Source: a virus
Lineage: Duplodnaviria; Caudoviricetes
Length of the DNA: 59,161 nucleotides
Reading direction: 5' to 3' (one strand)
Virus record (IMG/VR): IMGVR_UViG_3300030104_002956
Location: 1 to 59,161 of that record
In this document: one piece after another, positions 37,052-44,791 of the stretch
How the letters are laid out: each line of letters starts with the position of its first letter
How positions within the stretch are numbered: position 1 is the first letter of the stretch
The notes under the pieces: generated by a model
The model's input: the letters and a program-made list of their open reading frames with translations, nothing else
Database searches by the model: none
What the model was told of the DNA's origin: nothing
Made by a program: the position numbers and the translations under genes

Positions 37052-37137
37052 AATAGTTTATTGTAAACTGATGAAGCTAACAAGCAGAAACAATATAACA
37101 ACATAATACAATATTAAATTGTCTTTACATAACTATT
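37052..37137 (+). ncRNA. Type I hammerhead ribozyme
   Basis: Stem I TGTAAA(37062-67)/TTTACA(37124-29) plus AATAGTT/AACTATT; core CTGATGA (37068-74); stem II GCT-AACA-AGC; GAAA (37087-90); stem III ACAAT/ATTGT; GTC cleavage triplet 37121-23. Atypical A-A opposition at 10.1/11.1. Confidence 0.8.
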
Positions 37138-37150
37138 AAAAAAAACACAA

Positions 37151-37546
37151 ATGAAATATACTTTAATTTTTACCGATGTTGATTCCAACAGTTTTGAAAT
37201 CGACATCAACACGAACGAACCAAAGATTAATTTAATCGCAGGCACATTATCAAACAAAGTAGTAAAATTTATTACTTTAATGAGAAAATATAACCAAAAA
37301 ATAGGGTTTAAATTTGCTCGAAAATTTGACGTGCAATTTTTAGAGAATAACAAAGAAATAAAATCATTTAACGGAATTTCTTTAAATGGTGAGCAGTTCG
37401 GCGTTAAACTAACCCTTGTAAACAATGAGAAAAGCAAAAGTAAATTTTCTTCTTTTATGGGCGACTTTATCAAAGAATTAGTTTGCACAATGGCAGGGGA
37501 TGAAGAAATTTCAACGGCTGAATTATTAGAAGAATTAGCAAAATAA
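37151..37546 (+). CDS. Early hypothetical protein downstream of the hammerhead
   Basis: 131-aa ORF with an A-rich leader. Confidence 0.75.
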   Translation: MKYTLIFTDVDSNSFEIDINTNEPKINLIAGTLSNKVVKFITLMRKYNQKIGFKFARKFDVQFLENNKEIKSFNGISLNGEQFGVKLTLVNNEKSKSKFSSFMGDFIKELVCTMAGDEEISTAELLEELAK

Positions 37547-37691
37547 AAAGAGTATTGAATAAACAAAAAAATAAAAGGGGAACACAGTCCGAAAACATAT
37601 ATAATAAAATATGATAAACACACATCCATTAAATTTTTGGGGATTTTGACGAAATGAAAGAAAATTTATGAGGACTGAAACAATACTTTTC

Positions 37692-37715
37692 AAGGGGGCA
37701 ATTGCCCCCTTTTTT
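37692..37715 (+). terminator. Rho-independent terminator
   Basis: AAGGGGGC-AATT-GCCCCCTTTTTT. Confidence 0.8.
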
Positions 37716-37727
37716 ATTAATTAAATT

Positions 37728-37870
37728 CGCATAGACGCAAGGTGAAAAGTAAATTTATGGCAATGTGATAAAGTAGCCCAATAAGGGTAAAATTGAAATA
37801 GAGCCTTGTACCTAAACCAAGAATTTAGGAATATGGTTAATTGGGGGTTCGACTCCCCCTCTATGCGCTA
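37728..37870 (+). ncRNA. tRNA-like structured RNA (~140 nt)
   Basis: CGCATAGA(37728-35) pairs with TCTATGCG(37860-67). A perfect T-arm GGGGG-TTCGACT-CCCCC (37843-59) abuts the 3' acceptor strand. No canonical D or anticodon arms. Confidence 0.65.
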
Positions 37871-37892
37871 AAAACAAATAAAACCTAAAAAA

Positions 37893-38264
37893 ATGCTTAA
37901 AAGTAATTCAAATAAATATTTAAATAATATTCAAAGTTATATACTTGATTCAATAAATAGTGAAGGCTACGACATCAAGACAGAAACACCAACCGAAAAA
38001 ATACAGTTTTTATTTGACTGTTTCGAGGTAGAATTTAACTACAAAAACAATCAATTAAGATACCCAAATTTACAGGATCGTTTTGCAAATTGGTTACAGG
38101 GCTTACCCCCTGCAATAGATTTGCCTTATCAAAACTATAAAATTTTACAACTATCTAAAATATTATTAGAGGTATACACTTTGACTGAAAAACAAGAAGA
38201 AACAATTATTAAAAACTATTGGTCATTTATGGCTTATCACATAATTAAACTTAAAAACAAATGA
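37893..38264 (+). CDS. Early hypothetical protein (WLQGLP motif)
   Basis: 123-aa ORF. Confidence 0.75.
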   Translation: MLKSNSNKYLNNIQSYILDSINSEGYDIKTETPTEKIQFLFDCFEVEFNYKNNQLRYPNLQDRFANWLQGLPPAIDLPYQNYKILQLSKILLEVYTLTEKQEETIIKNYWSFMAYHIIKLKNK

Positions 38265-38561
38265 AAGAATATAATTTACTATACAAGAAACTAATAAATA
38301 AAACCATAACTAAACAAGAAGAAAAAAGACTCTTTGAATTAGCTTTTGGATCAGAATTTATGAAATCAAATGATAAAGGAACTTTAAAAGAATATAAATT
38401 ATGAATATTAAAAATAAAATAAACTTTATAAAAAGACACATAAAGCACACTCACAATGAGGTGGATTTTAAAGATTTAATGTCATTCAATGACCAAGAAA
38501 TAAATGAGATTTATAAACAAATAATTGAAGACTCTTTGTAAAACCTATAAAAACAAATACA

Positions 38562-38777
38562 ATGCTTAAAGAAACTAAATTATACATTGTGTTAGATGAG
38601 GAAACACTCAACACAATGAAAGGAAAAGGAAATAAAACGGCTAAATTCAAAACCTTTGAAGAAGCAAATCTAAAAGCAGCTGAAAAGTTGGAAATATGGA
38701 CAGTTGTTGAAGTATGGTTTGAACATAGTTGGATACATCACAGAGTAAAAAAATTAAAAGCTCTTGATACTATATAA
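38562..38777 (+). CDS. Early hypothetical protein
   Basis: 71-aa ORF with an A-rich leader. Confidence 0.65.
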   Translation: MLKETKLYIVLDEETLNTMKGKGNKTAKFKTFEEANLKAAEKLEIWTVVEVWFEHSWIHHRVKKLKALDTI

Positions 38778-38815
38778 ATAAATAAAGTAAATTGTCAAAC
38801 TAATAAAAATTTTAC

Positions 38816-38823
38816 TATATTAG
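38816..38823 (+). promoter_or_regulatory. Variant -7 promoter box TATATTAG
   Basis: TAnnTTAG with an upstream TTG; the same 9-mer TATATTAGC recurs at 42628. Confidence 0.5.
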
Positions 38824-38838
38824 CTGACGAAATTAATA

Positions 38839-39700
38839 AATTATGAAATCAAATATAATACAAAAACTATGAAAACAGTATTTACAAATTCAGAAATAGT
38901 ACACGCATTTAATTTGCAAGACCAACCCTATGGACGAACGTCAAATGGTTCAATGTACTTTGAACACAACAAAATTTATTCCTATGGCTCACATTATTTG
39001 TTAGGGGAATTTATAGACGATGAAACAATTATAATTAATAATGAGGGTTACAGTGTAACAACTTCAAGACATATAGGCTTATTAACAAACGCAACAAGGG
39101 ATAAAAGACAATTTTTTAAAACGGAAACAAATCCCGAACTTGTTTTAAGTGAATTAAAGAACCTTTTTAAATTACTTTCTAGAACTCGATTAAAGGCGGA
39201 TTATTATAAATCAACAATAAATAACTTATTCAAAAGTTACTTTGAGTATATAGACTTTAAAAAGCCAAAAAAGAGTAAAGAACATAGACAAATAGTAAAA
39301 CTTTATAAGGACTTTACAGAGAATGCAGAAAATTTATTGGAAGTTGTAAAAGAACAAACTAGAAAGGACAAGGAAAAGAAATTAAAAGAGGTTAAAAAGA
39401 AGTTAAAAAAGTGGCGAACATTTGAAACAAATTGGTTAAGCAACCAAACGGGCAAAGACTTTCTGAGGATAGACAAAGCCAATAATATAATTGAAACGTC
39501 TCAAGGTGTAAAGATACCAATTGAAGAGGGTAAAAGATTATTGAAGTTAATTGATCTTAAACAAATAGTTGGAGCAAGGATTGACAATAAATACATTGTT
39601 AATGCATTCAACGGACTTTTAAAGGTTGGTTGCCACAATATAGACTTAAAAGAAATAAACAAAATTAGAAAACAATTATGAAATCAAATATAATACAAAA
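38839..39700 (+). repeat. 27-bp direct repeat pair (38839-38865, 39674-39700) flanking one gene
   Basis: Exact AATTATGAAATCAAATATAATACAAAA twice. Confidence 0.9.
38869..39681 (+). CDS. Early hypothetical protein (IYSYGSHY...YSVTTSRH...VGCH)
   Basis: 270-aa ORF; motif pattern familiar from early phage proteins, function unknown. Confidence 0.8.
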   Translation: MKTVFTNSEIVHAFNLQDQPYGRTSNGSMYFEHNKIYSYGSHYLLGEFIDDETIIINNEGYSVTTSRHIGLLTNATRDKRQFFKTETNPELVLSELKNLFKLLSRTRLKADYYKSTINNLFKSYFEYIDFKKPKKSKEHRQIVKLYKDFTENAENLLEVVKEQTRKDKEKKLKEVKKKLKKWRTFETNWLSNQTGKDFLRIDKANNIIETSQGVKIPIEEGKRLLKLIDLKQIVGARIDNKYIVNAFNGLLKVGCHNIDLKEINKIRKQL

Positions 39701-39863
39701 CGTACAACATTTAGCAAGTAAGCTATTTAACAAAGAGGTAGCCCGTATGCATTATGCAACGGACAGGCTAACAGGATTCACCTTAAATCAAATTCTAGAT
39801 TTAGAGGCTAGATTTAAAAAGGAAGTATTAATTAAAAATCAAATAAAATATAAATCAAAATAA
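39678..39863 (+). CDS. Early hypothetical protein
   Basis: 61 aa, ATGA-coupled. Confidence 0.6.
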   Translation: MKSNIIQNVQHLASKLFNKEVARMHYATDRLTGFTLNQILDLEARFKKEVLIKNQIKYKSK

Positions 39864-39868
39864 ATAAA

Positions 39869-40021
39869 ATGATAAATAAAGTAACAAAAGAAGAATGCCT
39901 AGATGCTATTGAATATCTATATGGACAAGGATTTATTGAAGATATGTCAAGGGATCAAAAATGGGCAGTTGAAATACTACTTAAGAAAGTAGCAAATAAT
40001 TATAAACTTAAATTAAATTAA
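39869..40021 (+). CDS. 50-aa hypothetical protein (not in ORF track)
   Basis: MINKVTKEECLDAIEYLY...YKLKLN. Confidence 0.65.
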   Translation: MINKVTKEECLDAIEYLYGQGFIEDMSRDQKWAVEILLKKVANNYKLKLN

Positions 40022-40255
40022 AATGGATTTAAAAAATATATCAAGTGAAGATTTGAGAAATGAATTAGAATTAAGAGGATATTATACTGAAAATTTATGG
40101 CACGTAGACGATGTGTTTCAAAAGTATGATTGTGAGCTAGAAGAGGCTCAGGAAATATTAAATAGTTCTTTAACAAATGAATGGATAACTGAGCAAATAT
40201 TTCAAACAATAAATGAAATTTCAAATGAATATAAACTTAAATTAAATTAAAATGG
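40001..40255 (+). repeat. 26-bp direct repeat pair (40001-40026, 40230-40255) flanking one gene
   Basis: Exact TATAAACTTAAATTAAATTAAAATGG twice. Confidence 0.9.
40023..40250 (+). CDS. Early acidic hypothetical protein
   Basis: 75 aa, LWHVDDV motif. Confidence 0.7.
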   Translation: MDLKNISSEDLRNELELRGYYTENLWHVDDVFQKYDCELEEAQEILNSSLTNEWITEQIFQTINEISNEYKLKLN

Positions 40256-40614
40256 GAAGATATTATAATGGAGATGTGAATGGTAAATTTATGTTTGCCG
40301 TTCAAGGTAGCGATGCACACGAGAGATTTGGTGCAGTCGAAGAAGAATCAAACTACATAAATTATGTAGTGTATAGAGATAGTTATGCAGAGATATGTGC
40401 AGAGTTAGATGCTATTAAACATAAAGGACATATCGAGAAGGTAGATAAAATGTTCAATGAAGAAGGAGGCTACAATGATGAAATCAAAAAACAATACAAC
40501 GTGAGCCAGAAAGATTTGGAGGAATATGCAGATTATGAGATAGGGATGGAATTAAAAGAATTCTTTGACGACAACCCAGATTATGATGAATGTAGATTTG
40601 ATGCAGAGATATGA
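40252..40614 (+). CDS. Early acidic hypothetical protein (MGRYYNGD...GKFMFAVQ)
   Basis: 120-aa ORF. Confidence 0.75.
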   Translation: MGRYYNGDVNGKFMFAVQGSDAHERFGAVEEESNYINYVVYRDSYAEICAELDAIKHKGHIEKVDKMFNEEGGYNDEIKKQYNVSQKDLEEYADYEIGMELKEFFDDNPDYDECRFDAEI

Positions 40615-41142
40615 AAAAGCTAACAAAAGAAGAACTTATATTTTTAAAAGATTGTCTTATTGATGCCTATCATAGAGAAATGGAATTAGGGAGTGGGCAA
40701 GATTTTAAAAACTATGGAAGTATTGAAGCAAGAAAATATTTACCTAAAATTATAGAAAAATTATGAAAGAAGAATTATTAATAATGTTTTGCGTATGTGC
40801 CTTAATTGGAGTTATGCTTATAATGACAATGATATGAAAGAAATAGATAGAACTAAAATGGAAAGATTAATCAAACAGTTGGAATGGTTTAACAACTTTG
40901 CTGATTACTTAGAATCCAATAATATAAATATATATAACGAATCCTGCGATTATGCAGACAATAAAGAAAGATATGACATTTTTTAAAAAATATAATAGAT
41001 GTATACTACATAAAAGATATGTAGAAACGAGAGTAAATGATCTTAGAAATGAAATATGCAAAGATGCCATACTTTATGGAAAAGTAGACCCATTAAAAAG
41101 AGAGTTGCTACTTAAATATAATCACAAATTAAAATAAATAAA

Positions 41143-41232
41143 ATGACAGAATCAGAATGTTGTGGTGCAGAAATAAAATGGACTGACATATGCACCGAGT
41201 GTGGAGAACACACAGAACCAAGAGAATGTTAA
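41143..41232 (+). CDS. 29-aa zinc-ribbon-like peptide (not in ORF track)
   Basis: MTESECCGAEIKWTDICTECGEHTEPREC. Confidence 0.6.
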   Translation: MTESECCGAEIKWTDICTECGEHTEPREC

Positions 41233-41325
41233 AGACAAAAGTCAACAACCAGTTTTGAGGCAGGGTCATTGACTTTGAAAAAATGTTATTCAAAGATAGT
41301 AAAATAAAATATAAAACCAAATAAA

Positions 41326-41625
41326 ATGAGAAAAATAATAGCAGATTATGTGGAGCTTACTGATGAATGGGTAGGAACTCCAGACGTAGTAATGTATAGT
41401 TCAGAGACAGCAGATGGTTATGAGATATATATATTAGGGTTTACAGATAAAAGTGGTCACGTAAAAAATATGAACAATGAAGAAAATGTCTTTATGTATA
41501 AAGATAATTTAGTTGAAGTTTTGGTGGATGACTTTATAGCTGGTAAAGAATTTATTGAGATATATGTAAGTGACGACTTAATTGAAGACTTAGACTTAAT
41601 AAACGAACTAGAAGAAAGATTATGA
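41326..41625 (+). CDS. Acidic hypothetical protein
   Basis: 99-aa ORF. Confidence 0.7.
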   Translation: MRKIIADYVELTDEWVGTPDVVMYSSETADGYEIYILGFTDKSGHVKNMNNEENVFMYKDNLVEVLVDDFIAGKEFIEIYVSDDLIEDLDLINELEERL

Positions 41626-42290
41626 AAGTATTAGAATTATTTGCAGGATCACGTAGCGTAGGAAAGGCTTGTAAAGAGTTAGGTTATGAAGTTTATTCTT
41701 CCGACATAAATTCTTTCCCAGATATAGACTATGTTGCAGACATAAGGAATTTTAAGATAGATAAAGTTCCTTTTGTTCCTGATATTCTATGGGCAAGTCC
41801 GCCCTGTACAGGATTCTCAGTAGCTTGTATAGGTAGAAATTGGGTGCAAGGTGAAGTATTTACTCCTAAAACTTCCTCTGCACAACTAGGAATAGAATTA
41901 TTGGAAGCAACTTTATATATAATAAATGTATTTAAAAGTATCAACCCTAATTTGATATGGTATATAGAGAATCCAAGAGGTAAGATGAGAAAAGCTCCTC
42001 ATTGGGATGAAATAAAACACATAAAACACACAGTAAGTTATTGTAAATATGGAGATACTAGAATGAAACCCACTGACATATGGACTAACAATTTAAATTG
42101 GCAACCTAAACCAATGTGTAAACCTTTCAAGTATGACTACAGCTCTAACCCTGAAGGAGACGTTATAGATAGACATTGCCATCACGATGCCTCACCTAGA
42201 GGAACTCAAACTGGAGGTACACAAAAATTAAAAGGAAACCACGAAAGAAGTAAAATTCCTCACCAATTATGTATAGAAATATTAAAATAG
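41622..42290 (+). CDS. Short C5-cytosine DNA methyltransferase
   Basis: Motif I LELFAGS, motif IV ASPPC, motif VI IENP. Confidence 0.85.
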   Translation: MKVLELFAGSRSVGKACKELGYEVYSSDINSFPDIDYVADIRNFKIDKVPFVPDILWASPPCTGFSVACIGRNWVQGEVFTPKTSSAQLGIELLEATLYIINVFKSINPNLIWYIENPRGKMRKAPHWDEIKHIKHTVSYCKYGDTRMKPTDIWTNNLNWQPKPMCKPFKYDYSSNPEGDVIDRHCHHDASPRGTQTGGTQKLKGNHERSKIPHQLCIEILK

Positions 42291-42360
42291 ATCACTTTTA
42301 GTACAGTTTTTTACAGGTCCGACCATTTCTGACCACTTTTTAACAGTTAAAACATAAATT

Positions 42361-42501
42361 ATGAAAATAGATGTAAGATCAAAAAACAGTATATTTATTG
42401 AAATCAATGGATATACTTATTATATAGATGATTCAACTAATGAACAAATTATAGAAAAATGGAATACTACAGTACTACAACAATTAAGGGAGGTAAAGTA
42501 A
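42361..42501 (+). CDS. 46-aa hypothetical protein (not in ORF track)
   Basis: MKIDVRSKNSIFIEINGYTYYIDDSTNEQIIEKW... Confidence 0.6.
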   Translation: MKIDVRSKNSIFIEINGYTYYIDDSTNEQIIEKWNTTVLQQLREVK

Positions 42502-42627
42502 ATTGGGTTACTGACCTAATTTTAAAAGAAAAATTAAAAACACGACCTAACCAACAAGAAATCAGAAGATTACAAATATTTTTAGATAAAATATCTGACT
42601 AAATTTGGATATTTCATTGACAAATAT

Positions 42628-42635
42628 TATATTAG
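42628..42635 (+). promoter_or_regulatory. Variant -7 promoter box TATATTAG upstream of the replication operon
   Basis: TAnnTTAG with an upstream TTTG. Confidence 0.5.
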
Positions 42636-42735
42636 CGAACTAAAATGGGACAAAGTAAAAGAAATTACGAAAATTTAATTATAATGAATAGTCAGTCTTT
42701 TTATGACTATGAATACTACAATTTAATACAATCAA

Positions 42736-43038
42736 ATGACAAAAGAAGAAGCACTCCACAAAATAGAAAAGGTAGTAGTAGAAAAACTACAGGTACCAGT
42801 CGAGAGTCTATTTAACAAATCTAAAAAGAGAAATCATATTGATGCTAGACAGATTTACTTCTATCTATGTAAGGATAGAAATATAAGACCTTGTTACATC
42901 CAAGACTACATTCTTAGTGAGCATAATCATAAAATGGCTCATTCCAATATATTATATGGGCAAGAAAAAATTAAGAATGAAATGCGAGTAGATAGTGACT
43001 TAAGGAATCTTGTAAAAGAATTAAAATGTTCAGTATAG
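42736..43038 (+). CDS. DnaA C-terminal-like helix-turn-helix protein
   Basis: KSKKRNHIDARQIYFYL...HSNILYG resembles DnaA domain IV (RxxxxxxARQxAMYL...DHSTV). Confidence 0.65.
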   Translation: MTKEEALHKIEKVVVEKLQVPVESLFNKSKKRNHIDARQIYFYLCKDRNIRPCYIQDYILSEHNHKMAHSNILYGQEKIKNEMRVDSDLRNLVKELKCSV

Positions 43039-43430
43039 AGGATCTCTGGAATCAAGCTAAAAACATTCGATCTGCCATATATATGGATAATAGCAAAACT
43101 AACCAAGCTATTATGCACAAAGGTGTTAAGATAGAGAAAGATAGAGATAAGTACTTTATACTTAGATGTCATAGAGAAAATTATCAAGAGATAACTAATG
43201 AAGAGTATCAAATATTTTATAATGAAGGGTGGGTAGTAGGCAGAATAAATGTATTAATGAATGACTTGGAATATAAATTAGATAAATTATTTATAAGAAC
43301 TAGAAATGCATATCAAGATGGTAATACCAGACAAGTTAGGCATTATAAAAACCAAAAAGAGAATGTACTAAGTAAGTACAGTAAATTAAATAAACAATTA
43401 AATCAAATCAAAAATGAAAAACACATTTGA
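43026..43430 (+). CDS. Hypothetical protein
   Basis: 134-aa ORF in the operon. Confidence 0.7.
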   Translation: MFSIEDLWNQAKNIRSAIYMDNSKTNQAIMHKGVKIEKDRDKYFILRCHRENYQEITNEEYQIFYNEGWVVGRINVLMNDLEYKLDKLFIRTRNAYQDGNTRQVRHYKNQKENVLSKYSKLNKQLNQIKNEKHI

Positions 43431-44007
43431 AAAATTATCATCTATCAATGTAAATGAACACGTTGAAAATAAAAATGGCTTGACCTATTTATCGTGGGCT
43501 TGGGCTTGGAGCGAAACTAAAAAGACGTGTCCTGATGCTACTTATACTATTTATGAGAACGCAGATGGATTATGTTACCATCACGATGGTAAAACGGCTT
43601 GGGTTAAAACAGGTGTTACAATCGGAGACATAGAGCTTATTGAATATCTGCCTGTTATGGATTATAGAAACAAGTCAATTACTATAGATAAAATTACTTC
43701 TTTTGATGTCAATAAAAGTATTCAAAGAAGTTTAACTAAAGCCATAGCAAGACACGGGCTAGGTCTTTATATATATGCAGGTGAAGATTTGCCAGAGTCT
43801 GAATCTAAGGCATCAAATCCTAGTAAAAAATCTAATAAGAAGGCTACTGAAAAAGCTAGTTTAGATCTTGGAGATGATAAGTGGGAAGATTGCTTGAAGT
43901 ATGTAGTGGATAATAAACATTTAGGTTTTGATGGTGTAGTAAAAAGATTGAAGCAGAAGTATGAGTTAACATCAGAAGCTATTAAAACAATCAAGACTTA
44001 TGTTTAG
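43414..44007 (+). CDS. Sak/Rad52-like single-strand annealing protein (DUF1071-like)
   Basis: LTYLSWAWAW, LPVMDYRN and QRSLTKAIARHGLGLYIYAGED motifs. Confidence 0.85.
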   Translation: MKNTFEKLSSINVNEHVENKNGLTYLSWAWAWSETKKTCPDATYTIYENADGLCYHHDGKTAWVKTGVTIGDIELIEYLPVMDYRNKSITIDKITSFDVNKSIQRSLTKAIARHGLGLYIYAGEDLPESESKASNPSKKSNKKATEKASLDLGDDKWEDCLKYVVDNKHLGFDGVVKRLKQKYELTSEAIKTIKTYV

Positions 44008-44743
44008 TAAAGAAGAAACTTTATATAAGTTACAAGAAGATAAGGAATACTATGGGGACTTTGGTAAGCAGTTTTTATCTAACTCTGATATATACAGTTT
44101 ACTAAATGATCCACGCTCTTTCAGAAAACCTAAAGGAGAAACCAAAGCTATGATAGAGGGTAGATACTTTCACGTATCTATGATAGAGCCACACAAAAAA
44201 GATGAGTTTGTTATTATAGATTCAACATCAAGAAATACAAAAAACTATAAGAATCAAATACAAGAACACGGATTATCTATTGCTTTACTAAAGTCAGAAG
44301 CAGACCACATAGATAGTTTAGTTTCTGTTATGAAAAGTAATTTTAATTTTTATGAGTTTATATACAGTAAGTTTAATATGTATGAGGTTCCTGGAATTAA
44401 AACCATAAAAGGTGCTAAATGGAAAGGGAAAGCAGATATATTAGCAACAGATTATATTATTGATCTTAAAACAACCTCTGACATATCTAAATTTAAGTAC
44501 TCTGCTAAAAAGTATAACTATGATAGTCAGTCTTATATATACCAACAAATATTTGGTGTCCCTGTAGTATTTTATGTAATAGACAAGAACACAAAGATGT
44601 TAGGTGTCTATGAGCCTACTGAGTCTTTTATTCAAAGCGGAGAAGAAAAAGTAGAGAGAGCATTAGAGATTTATAATAAATTCTTTAGTAAAGATGCTAC
44701 AGAGAACATAGATGAGTTTTTCATCAAAGAGGAGCTTACCTAG
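44000..44743 (+). CDS. PD-(D/E)XK exonuclease (RecE/exonuclease VIII-like)
   Basis: LSNSD, GRYFH, KGKADI..IIDLKTT and YDSQSYIY motifs. Confidence 0.8.
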   Translation: MFSKEETLYKLQEDKEYYGDFGKQFLSNSDIYSLLNDPRSFRKPKGETKAMIEGRYFHVSMIEPHKKDEFVIIDSTSRNTKNYKNQIQEHGLSIALLKSEADHIDSLVSVMKSNFNFYEFIYSKFNMYEVPGIKTIKGAKWKGKADILATDYIIDLKTTSDISKFKYSAKKYNYDSQSYIYQQIFGVPVVFYVIDKNTKMLGVYEPTESFIQSGEEKVERALEIYNKFFSKDATENIDEFFIKEELT

Positions 44744-44770
44744 AAGTCTACACTAGGTTATATTGTAGAC
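44738..44770 (+). promoter_or_regulatory. H-type RNA pseudoknot upstream of the SSB-like gene
   Basis: S1 ACCTAG/CTAGGT, L1 AA, S2 GTCTACA/TGTAGAC, L3 TATAT; all pairs Watson-Crick. Confidence 0.7.
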
Positions 44771-44791
44771 ATAATTTAAATATATATAGTT

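Noticed and set aside
37665-37686. TTTATGAGGACTGAAACAATA as a second hammerhead
   Set aside because: Lacks the CUGANGA core, and stem II and the flanking stems cannot be drawn.
37728-37870. Canonical tRNA, tmRNA or SAM-II riboswitch
   Set aside because: No D-arm or anticodon arm, too short for tmRNA and lacking Ala identity. The GTGATAAAGTAGC segment resembles the SAM-II 3' end but the 5' pairing partner is missing.
38824-38832. CTGACGAAA as a hammerhead core
   Set aside because: No stem II between the core segments; it sits just after a promoter box.
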